Assembly (NCBI GenBank): GCA_016840165.1
Contig: JAEOSU010000067.1
Coordinates: 35,400-99,399 of the forward strand
Direction: 5' to 3'
Origin: Promethearchaeota archaeon
GTDB lineage: Archaea > Asgardarchaeota > Lokiarchaeia > Sigyniarchaeales > SOKP01
Length of the DNA stretch: 64,000 bases
Every line of letters begins with the position of its first letter. Within the stretch, counting starts at the first letter, position 1. The position numbers were made by a program, and so were the translations under genes. Positions 36,601 through 51,600 of this stretch are shown here, in pieces. The notes beneath the pieces are model-generated. The model made no database searches. It had not been told where the DNA came from and was given only the letters and a program-made list of their open reading frames with translations.

Positions 36601-39600
36601 GACAACTAATTCCATAAACTTTGTAATATTGGTGATATAATCTCCTTGGAAGGTTAGCGTTACAGGTTCTAACGCTGCAATGTGCTCAGGTGTCCACTCA
36701 AAAGCCTTATAAATTATATCGCCAAAGAGTTGTCCTGAATAATCCCTATATGAACCAATTAACGTAATGGATTTCTCGATGGGATCAAAAATATAATCAA
36801 TATTTTCTGTGAGATTATTGCTATGAGTTCGAATTTCATTAACAGTAAACTCAAAATCGTATAGCAATGAAGTGCTATCAAAAACATATTCTCCCATATC
36901 TATCTTTGATAAGGGTACATCTTCTTGTTCAATTGGAATATAGGGCATGGTAACTGGTGTCCCATTAAAGGTAAGATGTGAATCTAATGTCTCAATTTCA
37001 AGACTTGCTGTTAAGAGTTCATGGGCATATACTCCTTTAAAGAGATTTCCGTCCACAAAACAATTATATGCAGAAGATTCTATTTTGATTAACAGATCGA
37101 AGTTTTTCTCACGCGTAATAGTCTCTGCTAGTATTGTCTTTCCGTTAGAAACGAAATCGAAATTATTTAAGTCAATCGCAAGGCTATAATAATGGAAGCC
37201 CATAAGCTTTTTATTTAGATCAACTTTTGTCGTTCCTATTAAGGTGGCATTCGCGCTTGAAGTGGAATCCGCTTGATAAAGAGTAACAGAAAGATAATAA
37301 TCTTCACATGATACTTGGGTAAGCTCGCTATAGATCACATCAGTAAATCCGATATTTATCTCAAGATCTAACGTTCCGCCAAGATAATCGGATGCATTAT
37401 CTAATATATTATATTGATATAAAAGCTCATCATCTTTGGAAATCCGTAAGAAATTGGTATCATTAACCTTTCCAAAATGAACTGCTCCTTTCACTGTTGA
37501 ATCAGGATGAATTGTATCATAGAAATCTACATAGGTGCCATATGATGTGGACACAATAGAATATCCGACATCTACATCGGGATGAATATATGTTCCATAA
37601 TATGTCTCATTTACCCATAAGGCAGTGACGAAGAAAGGTTTTGTGAAATTGTAATAGTCATCCACAAAATAATCTGGTAAATACCAATTCCCATCCGTAG
37701 AATTATAGTTAAGCTCCGCTTGAGGGATATATTCAATGATAACGTTTGTAAAGAGATATTTCATAGGAGAATTAAATGCTAATTCATTTTCAGAGGTGAT
37801 CCAATAATATTGAATTGGATATTCATATGGAATAGCATTTTGATCGACGAACTTTCCTTTTACTCCAATAATTTCTCCTAAATTATCTATCATACTCAAA
37901 TTTGCTCTGAAATCTTCATTTAATTCCAAAGTTGTAGTAAGAGAAGCTTCGGGATACATAATCTCACGGGATTCACCAATTAATACACTATCTAGAATAG
38001 TAACAGTCTGATTAATCTCAATCGGGATTTTAGGATCTGCCCGTTCATAGACAAAATAATTATCTGGATTATCTTTTTCAATAGAATAGTTGCTTGGAAG
38101 AATATAAGAGATAAATGCTAACTTCATGAGGCCGTCTTGAATTGTATGATTATCAAGATCCATTATTCGCATGGGATTCTTTATTTTGATATTGTTATCG
38201 TTATAAATAGGAATAAAGGTATTCGCACTCACATTCATTAAATAATTAAAAAAATTCGTATGAGAAGGAATACTTGGATTCCATACATCCCTGCTATACC
38301 CTTGATTCTCTGCCCTAAGTATTCCCTTGAAATCTTCCCATACCCCTGAGGTATAGTTATAAAATAATAATCTATATCGTAGACTCCATGCAGAATCATT
38401 AATTCGATTCCTTAGATCAACATCCAAATCTAATGCCAACTCCAATTCTGCCCTTTCAAACTCATCCATATCAATATCTTCGAAATTTAATTCTATAGGA
38501 GTTATTAGTGGAATTTGGATATCGTCCATAGCAGAATTACGGAAACGGCTGGTTGAGTATTCAGAATAGTCGCCTAATACAGAAGGTGGGTATTTGGTCT
38601 GATTATGTCCTTCGATATCTTGATGTTCTAAGGCAAAAGAAGTTCCACATTGAGATTGACTTGGGTACACTTCAAAATCAAGATCTAAATCAGAAAGTTC
38701 AAGGTCAGCAAATACATCTCCGCTCTCTCGAGCAAAAGCAGGAGTCGTGATGGTATTTTTTAAAGTAAACTGAATCGAATTCTTGCCAAAATATGGATCA
38801 TCATGAAATCCACTATCAATGTATGATGACCTATTATACACATGGGAATATGAACTACCTAACTCTATTGCTTCAGAATTCTTTACAGATACAAATTTCG
38901 CCTCGTTAAGGCACTTCAATTCTAGCCAATCAATGGTCCACCTATGACCTTGAGGGTAACTAGCATCTAAAGCTGCTATCAAAAATTTAATAGAAGAAAT
39001 ATCAGCATAAAAATAATTATCTCCATACCAATAATCCCAACCTCCATCTCCTGTCTCCTCTTCAGTAACCCCATTTATAAGGAATTTACCATTAGAGTTT
39101 CCCAGCGAATCCTCAAACCCGGCATTAAATCTAACATAAAAATCATTTGCGCTATTAAGCCAAGATCCAAATCCAAATCCTATCTCAGAAAGCGGTAAGA
39201 CCTCCTTATCTAGTTCAACATAAATTTTATCAATATCCATATAAAGCCCTGTCTTGCCATCTACATCCCATGCCCAAGAATAAACGCACACACTAACATA
39301 GTCTAAGTCCGAAAAATAATAAGAAGGTATATGCCACCTCCAAGATACCTCTTCACCAATTATCGGAGCATTCCACTTCTTAACCCAAAGTTCCTCTAAA
39401 TAATTATAAAAATAAATCTCACAAGTCCCAAACTCATCACTGGGAGGCCTATAATACGTGAGTTCCATATTGAAGTGTCTATTAATATTTGCACTACTGG
39501 CCCAATCGTCACAATTAAATCTATAATAGTCATAAATTTCATAACTGTACCCATCCCCGCTAGACTCTCTATCCGTTTCTCGATAAAGATTATCAGTAAT

Positions 39601-42600
39601 GGACCATTCTGGAGGTTCTGAAGGAATTTCATTCTTAGTTAGTTTGACATTTTCCCCCGTCTTATCAAAAAACTGCTTGTTTCCATTTCTATAACATTCT
39701 ACATCATTTGGTGCACCATTTACGTTCTGGGTCTTGTAATTATCATAGATGTGTGGATTATCATGGTACTCTTGCCCTGTTGATCTTGCATAAAAATAAT
39801 CTTCATTTACGCTTGTAAGGTCACCTACACCCCCAGTATAACTATAACTGCTTCCATAATGACCATTAGGATATATAGGGGATCCTACATTGCTAGGAGC
39901 ACTCTCTATTATAAACCCAATTTCATCATGTTCTAATGATTCTAAATCATCACTGTTTTCCTTGGTAAAGGTTGGTAATAATTTATAATTAAAAATATTG
40001 TAATTGTGATATTTATCCATCTCATCATGGAAACTATAGATAATATCAATATCGGCACAAATCTGTGTAAATTCATTCTCAGGAGTAACAATAGAACTAA
40101 TGCTGTCAAATTTGATTTCATCCACATGAGAATATTTATTTTTATAGCTTAAAATCAAGGATTTATATTTCTCAAAATCGATTTCATCTCTTACTCGTGT
40201 ATAATAATGTGATTCTATTAACTTTATAATAATACCGTGAGAGTCACTCGCAAATCGAGATTCAATCCGAGGTTTCATGACTGGATCTGTGTCCAGTTGA
40301 TCTGGAGAAGGAATTCCGTTTGTAAAGTTCTCGTTTACGAACGCACTCCACTTTTGGGTGTTAAAATCGTAATTAAATGAGATAATATTGTTATATCCAG
40401 GATCATAGAGATCCCCATCATTATAGGCAATTTCAAGATAGATGTCATCGTTTACACCTACAGTAATTGTATCTCCCTCTTGACCACCGGTAAGCCTCTC
40501 AAATATAAACACAGCTCGATATAGATCATGTTCCGCAGTCCATTCTTGGTATGTGAATACACATAATTTATCTATATTGATACTAAATGAAGAATCATCC
40601 TGAATTTCTATTCTAAATGCGATTTTATACTTGTTATCATAAGTATCAAATAATTTTTCAAATTGATCTTCAGATATGGTAAATATTAATGTTCCATCTT
40701 CAATTTCATATGATAGCTCTTCATAAGGACCTAACTTAAAATTTTTTATTTTATAGTAATTATTATCTAATGATATTCCCGATCCAAATCCCACTAACTC
40801 AATTTTAATACAACTAATGCTATTAATATCAACATTGTCTAAAGGAAATTCAAAGTCAACAGTAATCCTATGATCTTCATTAGAGATTTCTTGAGAATTT
40901 ATAGTGTAAAATTGATCATCTTCATGATGAGCATAATTAACAGAAGTTGTTGCAATCCCGTCAATTAAATTTAAAGAGGTAAATTGATCATCAAACTGGT
41001 ATTCAGATAGTTTTGTATCAACAATCATAACACCTTCTATCACACTTATCGCATGCAACAAGAAATACTCTTTAACTTCAAGGGTTCCTGAAAGTTTTAG
41101 GCGGTCAAATTTCAAATCTTCACTATGGCCTAATGTAATGATCTGATCAGTAAAATCGCTATTACCCTGTGGGATAAGCTCGAATTCATGTACAGGAGTC
41201 ACCCAATCACCATTATAAAGAGAAAAGGTAATTTGATCATCGGTCTTTGCCTTACATTCTATAACAAATTCATCGTTGCTAGTTACATCTACCACATCAT
41301 CATATATAGGACTTTTAAGTGTTAATAATTCACCTGAAACATAGTCGGTCTGCATATAGAGCATTCCTCCTGCTTGATGACTTTTCTTCAATTCATAATT
41401 AAGTATTGGGTTGCTGAAATCAACTCCTCCTTCAATGCTTGAAACGTCAATCTTGAAATGGGAATTCTGTTGGGAAATTACAGACCCTAGATCAAAAACA
41501 AATGTACTTCCAAAAGGAGGAGATTTTGACGATATGAATCCTGTAGTAGGTGGCCTATTATTCCATGTGAGACTGTTATCAAAATATTGAGTAGAATATA
41601 AGGATAAAGTAGATTGAGCGCCCCACTGATCTATTTTGGAGACTTCTAATTCCCAAGAATCCGAATCAGCATAACCTAAATAAGGTATAGATGGCGTTTT
41701 CAAGAAGGTCTCGTACTCTTGGATACAATATACTGCTTCCAACCAGTCCATATAAACTCGATGGCTACTAAATCCATAAGTCTCAATCCAAATGTAATCA
41801 TTATCCGGATCATGGTTATCTATTCTCACTGATCCTGAAAAGGATGATGCAGACAATTTTGAAACTAGAGAGGAACCAGAAGGACCAGATGAATCTCCAA
41901 TCATGATATACATATCGACATTCTTGGTCGTAGAAAAATCATAATATAAATCCCATGATTTGGTAAGAAGTGGAAATCTATATTTTACTTTAGTCTTATA
42001 AAGCGTCCCTGAAGGTGCTGAATCAATTTTATAACATACACCATCATTATCATGAGTATCAACCACATCTCCAGAACTATGAGTACCCGTAACAATATAA
42101 GAAGTAAAACTATTATATTCAGTAGCAGCATTCTCAAGATATGCTGTAAGTGTGGAGGGAGTATAATGATTATTTGGGTAAAGGGATCTCACAACCGCAG
42201 AATAGGCAAGACTCTCGGAGAATGGGATTGTAGCCCCCTGCTCATATGAAAATGCCCAGACGGTATCCCCGAAAGTATCACGGAACTTAACTCCTTCCGA
42301 AGGCTCTTTTAAATTAAAACCACTATACCCTTTCAAATATACGCCGTTATTAGTAACATCAATTGATTGACTTACATGAGTATTATTAATCGCATTGGAT
42401 TCAAAATCATCATAATTAAGGTAACTTGTATTGGTATATGTATAAGTATTAAAATCCCCGATACATAAATAAGGAGTGGATAGTTGAGCTGATTCTTTTG
42501 TGGTCAAGACTCTGATCTTGAATTCATGATTATCATTGATATAATTACCGAAAAAATCTTTTGGACCAGTAAAAGATGTACTAGATAAATAGTTAGGAAA

Positions 42601-45600
42601 ATCCGAAGAATGAGTATAAAACACATTAGGATCAATTACTATACTCTCAAGATAGAATTTATTTGCATTATAGGAAGTATCATCATAGCTCAAGTACTTA
42701 TAATGATCAGAATATAAGGTATTCATCTCACGACCGGAATCGGTATTTTTTAAGAAGCTCCCGCCATTCTTTACTGCATTATCAAATATAATATTTCCAT
42801 TTCCATCTAGAGTATTAGGAAACGTATCCCCATAGCTAATTGTATTAACTGCATTGATACCTGACGTGGACCATCCAGGTCTAAATTTATCATCCGCAGG
42901 ATTTGGTGAATCTGTTGGATGCCAATCCCAGAAGTCTAATAACAATTCAGCTGAATCATATGTATTGGTGCCACCCAAAGGAGCCATAGGAAGGGATTCA
43001 TAATCCTTTGTATTAAAATTATAGATCTGAATAGAAAGGGGGAGGTTACCGTTGTCAAAGCTATCAGCAATTACAGAAGCATCGAACATAATATGGATTG
43101 ATTCCAGATTTTCCTTGGTAACAATGGGTAATTTAAAGGTGCCTACTACTCCAAAATTACCAATATCCCCTCTGGAAACTGTAATATATTGACTCCAATT
43201 TACTAATGCAGCTCCAAGCTCTTCAGTAGTAGGATAAGGATTTATAGCTGGATCCCCGTCTACAACTTTCTCAAGCCTAAACCAATCAAGTGTCACATCA
43301 AATTCACCTGGATATGGATTAAGAGCTTTATATTCTATAGAATTAACTCCCTCTATTAACACGCGGTTCAAGAATATGTCTCCATATATATCACCTGTGG
43401 CGAAAGTATCTCCATTAATTCTAAGCCAAGAATTAATGCCAGATGGGGCGTTAAAATCACACGAGAGATAGTAATTCTCACCGCTATAAGTGTCGGCAAT
43501 GAGATCCGCCCAATATATTCCACTACTCGATTCCAAAGTCATATATTTGTCATCATTGTTGTGATGAGTATCGGAATATGCTCCTGAATGTGACCCTAAA
43601 TATCCTAAAATGGGATCATAAAGCTCATTAATATCAGTTAAATATTTCGTAATTGTTCCAGCAGGTAAATCTCCAGATGAATATATTTCAGGTACTTGAG
43701 TAGTTGAATATTCGCCAGTCATATTGGTTATAGTGTTTCTTACAAACACATACTGAGCTAGCCCTCCACCAGGATCATAATAATTATAAGGTCCGCCACT
43801 ACCAGCACTATGAATATCTGAATAATACATCTGAGTGAAGTTATAAGTATCACTCATATAAGGATTTGAAATCCACACGCCGTCAATATAGTTATTTTCA
43901 AATTTCCCTCCAAACTTATCTTCTCCATAATAATCGTCCTTGGAGTTCAAATATTGAGCTAATTCCCCAGAATCATACTTATCTCCATAATAAATGAGGG
44001 AATTTTCCAATTCCGGCATAGTAATATATTCAGGACCCCAATCATTATTCCATCCCATTTTAATGTTAGGATATGCAACCTGAGTTCCCAAACCAGAAAT
44101 AACTGGAGCATACTGATAGGTCATGGAATTTGGCAATGCTATCCAATTAGGATTAGTGTATAATGAAGTACCTGAATTAAGCCATAATAAAGGAAGAGAT
44201 GAGTCTTCGAAAAATGTGCTTGAAACTGAGACACTTTGAGTATCTGACGTGCCACCGTACTTATCGAACGAAGGATCAATGGTAGTGCGTCGTCTTGATA
44301 CAAATGATTCAAACGAATATGCTACCTTTACATGGGTTAAAATACTCCACACAGATAACAGATCTAACCGAATTTCATCTCTAGAATTTCTGTATAACGT
44401 AGAACTTAACTCATACCATTGTCCAGAATCCGTTCTATAGGAGATCTTTTGTATTCTGTATAGGGGAGTCTTTATCATGGTATTGTTAATGGCAGGATAA
44501 TAAATAGGACTTAACTCTTGCTTTTTGAATGTCTTAATAGTATAGCAGATTGGACTGGTAATAGCATTTTTATCTATATTATGTGATATCTTGGTTTTAA
44601 AAAGTCCAGATTTACTGGCGATGATGAGTGTATTAATATAATTCTCATGAATAGTGAGAAAGTCTAATATTTCAAATCGTACATCATCGAATCCAGAAAG
44701 CTCAAATTCCACCCATTCGTCAGTACCTGTGCTTCTTCGTAAAGCAACGATGGCATCCATCTTTCCAATGGCGATCCGTTCAATACCAAGAACGATGGAA
44801 TCTACACCATCAAATTGATCATATTCAATAATTGTAATTTTCCCTAAAATCGCATCAACGATGATATTCTTAATATTTAAATCAATATCATATTCGATTA
44901 ATTGCGAATAATATGCGCCTGACATCAACCCTCCTATTAATACTGCCCTTCTGTTGTTTAAAGAAAAGTCATTTATAATTTTTATAGCAGTTGGAACAAA
45001 ATTTAGAGGACAATCTCGTTCCACATACTTTAAGAGTGAATAATCTAACGCAAAATTATAGACCCATAATGAAAGATCCTCAGAAGTATCTTGCTGGGTA
45101 ATGACCATAATAGTATTAGAAGAACTGCCATCATAAGTAATATCAAAATCAAAATATTCATAGCCCGATAGACTGGTTATATTTGTCTTAATAGTCCAGG
45201 AACCACTTTCATAGTATATAATATCTATTTGAGCAGGAGTAACTCGTAAAATTTCCCATTTTCCATCCCTATGAATATCAAACAACTTAAACATTTGACC
45301 ATTTAAGGAAGGAATGATAGTCTCAGTGCTTAATGTCGGTTCAAGATACCATCCTGAGGTGTCGCTGAAATTAAATACTGAGATATCTAAATTACTGCCT
45401 ATTTCGGAAATAATAATTGGACACCATTCTCCTGTGTCCGAAAATATACCCCATGAGCCCCAGAGATCATTGCTAGCAGGAGAATAGATCTTCATTGGAA
45501 GATATTCATAACTGAAATTGTACATCGAGTTCATAAATGCTTGATCCTTGCTGATATCCCAGATAATATTATATGATCCATTAGTGTGTATAGTAGCAGA

Positions 45601-48600
45601 ATTGGTTGCCATAGGAATCCATGAATTCTCTAGAGGGTTGTAGTATTCACTGACTACATCCCATACATTGACAGAACCAAAATAATTCTCGATAAAACCT
45701 GAAATATCTTGCTCATTCGATAATGCGGTAGCATTATATTCAAAAATCTCACCAAATACTAAATCGGTAAGAAGCTCGATTTGGGTATAATCATATGTCT
45801 TGATAGGGTTATAAGCAAATTCATTAGTATTTTCTCCAATATTATAACCTGTGTCCCATGAATATCCTACTGCATCAAAATATGAATAATAGGAAGAATC
45901 TACAGTGCTTGTAGAAAAATGAAATTCATCAATATAGTTATAGTTATTATAAAAACTATAGACCTTAGTTTTTACACCGTCTATATATCCAACCCATTTA
46001 TATTGATCTAACCCTTCATATTCACTATCAGAACATTCAAAATCGAGACGAAAATGATACCATTTATTTGAAACGAATGTAAAATCTTCAGAAGCTTCAT
46101 TTTCTATATTAGCACTTGTCTTTGCATCACGTAAATAACCACCATATCCAAGAATTATATAAAATCCATCGTTTCCGCCTACTTGCTGAAAGCGTATATA
46201 TGTTCTTTTTGCAACATTTGTTGTTCTAATCCAAAACTCTACATTTCCATAAGATTTATCTGCGAATGAATTTTCTATTGTTGCTCTATGACTACTAGAC
46301 CAGTCGTGTAATTCTAATACTTTTTTATGTTCACCTAAATTTTCAATTATATACGAGGTACCTCCTGTTCCAAGTGTATCATACCATTCAGAGGGAACAG
46401 TTCCATCTTCCTCATTAGTAAAGCTATAGGCCCCACAATATTGCCCATCATAATCGAGATAATTACCCGCTTTATCAAATATGAGTAATTTTAAGAAATA
46501 ATTTTCAGGAGGTAATTCATTTAACGATTCTAATAGATCACCATCCCAGTAGTACTTCCATAAATCTTCTTCTCCTGAAAAATAAGCTCTTCCTACTAAC
46601 TCCCAAGCTGATTCATTTGCAGAGCCATAAATATAGATTCTACTCACATCTTCTTCTCCATTGAATGTGTGAGCTATTGAAGAGGTATCAATTTGGGTTG
46701 TGCTATACTCAAACTCATCGGAACCAAAGACAATGATGCCGGCACCAGTAGAATTAGTACCAAGATACCAGTTAAATAAGCTATACTCATCTGTCTTATT
46801 AATTATATTATCATAAATACCGGTATATTTATGGGAAATCAGCTTATTTCCAAAACCATCAATTACTTCGAACCAAAAGAGAATTTCATCCCCTTCTGAA
46901 AGATTAAGATAATCAGTAATATTAAAATAATTTCTTCCAGTAGATTTTATCTCCCATAGTTCAGAATTAGAGTTAAAGGATAAGGTAATTTCATCATCAT
47001 TGGTAATCTCATAGAACTGAGCATAAATTTCGTCAGTTAATTGTGAGGATAAGGCATATCGGTACTGCTCATTAATTTGAAGCAATAATGACGTTCCGTC
47101 AAGCAAGATGGTGAATTTATCTATTATATAGTCTCCAATACTCAGAGATTGGATACTTTTAATGTTTTGAACAGTGGTGTTTATTGGATTTCCATAGCCT
47201 GTAATCTCATAAGTAAGAGTCTCATAGTCTAGAGTTCCAGCAATACTAATATTATACCATGCTAGAGGATAGGTATAATACATAGTAATGTTTTCAATAC
47301 CAAACTGATCTGCTAATGTCTGATCAATTGTACTCCAATCAAAATTATCATACAAGGTATCAAAGGCAGAAATAGTAAGATACTCTTCCTCATTTAAGTA
47401 TAAAGTATCAGTAATTGTTGTATTATAAATACTCTCTCCATCCACATAAATAGATTCGACAAATTCATCTATAATTGGATACATATTATCAAAATAGGCA
47501 TCTTCAATAGTATAGGTATTTGAATTTCCTGCTGAGTCCATTGCAATTAATGTTATATCATAATATCCATTTTGAAGAGTGAGTGTATCAATGAGAATTT
47601 GCCATTCATCCTCAGTCACTTCAATTATGGAGTATTCAAAATTGGTAACAATTGATCCTGAAGAAATATGGATAATCTCGAGTGAAAGTGTATATTCTGA
47701 GCTTTCTGAAATGGTCGCATTTATTGTAAATAAATCATTCCCATAGATCTGATCAGTATCTACATTTGAAAAGACAGGAGCGGTCTTATCTAAAATTAAG
47801 GTAAATTGTAGTGATGATTCAGACCCAAGTGTATCATTGCAGGTAAATGTAATATATTTTAATCCTTCCGAAATGCTTGTATCATTGAAGAAAAAGGTAT
47901 ACACATCACCGCTCACCACCCAATATCCTGAAATAGTGGTATTAAACCAATAGTCTGATACACCAGAAAAATCAGAAATAATAAAGGATATTGACCCCGT
48001 CTCAGGATTTATGGCAAAATCATTGCTAAATTGCTTATAAATAACAGGACCTTGATAATCAATGCTAAAGGTCTCATTTAGAGTAAAGGTCGAGATTGCC
48101 CCTGAAATATCATAAAACTCCCCAATAAAGGTATAATTATTTTGAGATAATAAGGTGAAATTAAAGTTTCCTACAAAATGGTTTTCTGTCCGTAATGTGG
48201 TGGATATTCCATATTTGATTTCAATTGGCGCAGAAGCTCTGTAAGTTCCATCCAAAGATTTCGGACTGAGTAAAATAATTAGTAATTCTTCATCAGTGGT
48301 ATCCACAAAATAGGAAAATGGATAAGATGTGCCATTTACAATAACTTCTTCAATCGAGCATAGCTCTCCCGATTGTGGACTTGGTAGTGATACTGTGAAT
48401 TTATTGTCTAAAATTTCTATAGTCCCAGTATCATATACTTCTGAGCTATTAGTATCAAGATAAGCCGATAAATAGATTACTTGAACCAACTCACCTAAAG
48501 AATTATATACTTTTAACACAGGGGGTTGGTTATTGGCAATAAATGGAATCCCATGAGTATTATTATACGCATCAGTCTGATTTAAGAAACTCATCCATAT

Positions 48601-51600
48601 ATTATTGGTATCGTTAGTAATATCAACAGTAACGTTGTTAATTTGCACAATATCGCAAAATGTTGTGGTAATTACGGTAATAAGAACCTGTTTTGAGGTA
48701 ATTAAGGTAGTTCCTTGATATAATCTAACTTCAACCGGAATACTGGCAAACTCAGAGCCAAAAATATTGTAGAATGTTGAATTTAATTTGATATCTTCTC
48801 CTCCATTATCTTCAAAATAAATATGATCTTGTTCTGAAGATACTGTCTGAAGAGTAAAGCTTTCATAATTTGTGCTAACCACTGCTTTTGTGATATCATT
48901 ATCAAAGGGAAGTACTTTTAACTCTAATTCAATCATATCATCTTCATTGAGACCATATAACACTGAACTATCTAAGCCTTCTACCACAAATTCCAAATGA
49001 TTGTTGAAATCTTTAATGAACCAGTAATTACTTTCATAGAGCACCTTACTGTTTTGAAGATCATCATGTCCAGTAAACCGTATAGTTATATTGTCATCTC
49101 TAAGATTAATAATATCAAAAACAATAGTTGCAAGTGAATTATTATTTGCATAAAATGTCCCGTATCGAATCCAGTTAGAGGTACTTGGAGTGGTGTATTT
49201 ATAATCTAAATCTACATAGGCGAAATCAGAATCAGTGGATTCAACTGCCATAGTAAGTATATTATTTTCTACAATATCATAAGTTGAACCTAAAGTAAAT
49301 GTATATGGACTTCCAGTTAATAAGGTCATAGCTGGACCTTTAATGTCCAAGATTGTGTTCTCAAGAGTATAATTCATATAATAATTTGGAAATCCAGAAC
49401 CATAGGTAAGATTGGCTTCAATAATAAAGTTAATAGTATATTCACCAGGATTCAATCCTTTAGTGGATACCCATTCGGATAGCGAATCCAAATATATTAA
49501 CCAATAATGAGCACTTAGATCAGTATAATTTGCAGAAGTAAGAAAATCAATATCATCTGAATAATTAATATACACGTCTAGAGAGGAAATATGCCATTCA
49601 CAATCCTCTACAGGATTTACCCCAATATGAGAATTAGAACTAATCTTTCCTGCATTATCAAGATATGTGAAATTTATTAGATCATTAAAGTGTTCAATTT
49701 TAAAGTACTTATTATAGGAATCATATAGTATCGTGCCAATATCATCTTCGGCCCTGCAAATAAAATACCAACTCTCATTATCTGGGAGATCCCAGCTATT
49801 GATAACATAAGAGTAAAGGTTGGAATCATAATTATATGATGCTAATAGGTGCCACTCATTAGGAGTAGGGTTCTGTAAATCTGGTGCTTCGGTTGATAAA
49901 TATAATTTTAAAATGTCTATAGGTTTACCGGTGCTATTTAATTGAAAGTTAAGATATCCATCGATCTTTTCTCCCAATGATATAGGAGTCCATCCGCCCA
50001 TCCCATCTTCCTTAGTTACTATTGCTTCTATAATTAAGACAGGTCCGCCTTGGTGACTTTCGATTTCCGCATTCGATATCGATTGATTAAATACTGAAAT
50101 ATCATCTAATTTACCTGTAAAACATGAATATGAGGTGATTTCCGCTCCCATCATAAAATCAGAACCTTCCTTGAGATTTCCCCCACCATCCCATGGTTCA
50201 TCAGTCTCGTGTGCGGTGCTACACCATGTATCCCCGATTAATACATCAACATTAGAATTATTGTAGCGTACAGCAATATATGTCCATGTATTTAGAGAGA
50301 TCGCTCCTGGGTATCCGTAAGTTGCATTAGTCTCAACACTATTAGTATTAATATAGACTTGAAGATATCCCGACTCGTTTATCCCTATCTCAAGTATTCC
50401 TGTCTTAGACACAAACACATTTTTAATTCCATTATCACTTTCGTTAGCTTTAAATGAAGTAGGATAAATCCACGCAGTTACTACAAATTCACTATCAGCA
50501 GTTCCTAATGGATCATCTAAAATATCATTAAAATCAACATAATCAAAATTTTCATAATTTTGTGTCTCTCCTGTTAATTCCCACTCGACTACTTCCCAGT
50601 GACCAGTACCATCTTCGCTACTTGTATACCGCTCCCCTTTTACTGTTGTACTTCCATCAAATTCATATTGGATGAACGCGGATTTTGGATCATTACCTCC
50701 AGTCCCATCACATTTCATAATACCGTACATTGTGCCTCCTTTTATCATTGCTGCATCCAAATCAACCTGAGAAATGGATGTTTGGTTAGATGTATCAGCA
50801 TTAGCCCATGTAAACGAATTTCTTTGAACAACAGAACTTCCTCCGCTATTAAAAGTAATAACAAACACATTTATAGTAGGTACCGCATAACTATTTGCTT
50901 CTGGTCGACGTTCAGCCCTCACTTGTGTCTCTGAATTAAGCCAAATATCGAGAGCACCTTCTTCTGGGTCGTCATTACTCACATCACATTCATACGATGC
51001 GATAATGAAGCTCTTGGACATGTCTACGGGACTAATCGAAGCCGTATCATAATCATCTGAAGTGGTCATGCTCATTTCTGCTTTCTGGACCGTAAACTCT
51101 GAGTTCTGAGCTTCAAACACATAATAATGTCCGCTTACACTTCCAGTGCCTTGGTCTCGCTCCATATGAACTGTAGTACTTCCCGCAAAATCTGTAGTTA
51201 CCATCGCGCAATCCCAATCATCATCATTTCCCGTAATCTTCCAATAGGATAGTGGGACCGCTTTTGAAGTGTCTATTTGATCAATGGTTATATCATCGGT
51301 TGTAGAAGTTCCCATTGAAAACGAACCACTTTGCACTTCTACATTACTCCCGTCAAATTCTACTATATATACGCTTATGACAACAGAACCTCCTCTCTCT
51401 CCTCTTTCAGCAACAATTCTCGTGCTTGGAGATGATTCAAAATACAGATCAACCATATTCTCATCCCAATCATCCCCTGTGGTGCTTAGCTTTATTGAGG
51501 CAAATGGAACACAGTTAGAAATAGTTTGATTTTTAGATAAAGTAGCATAACCACTGGTAGTTCCAGAACCTAAAGTTATTTCTTTATGTTCTACTGACTT

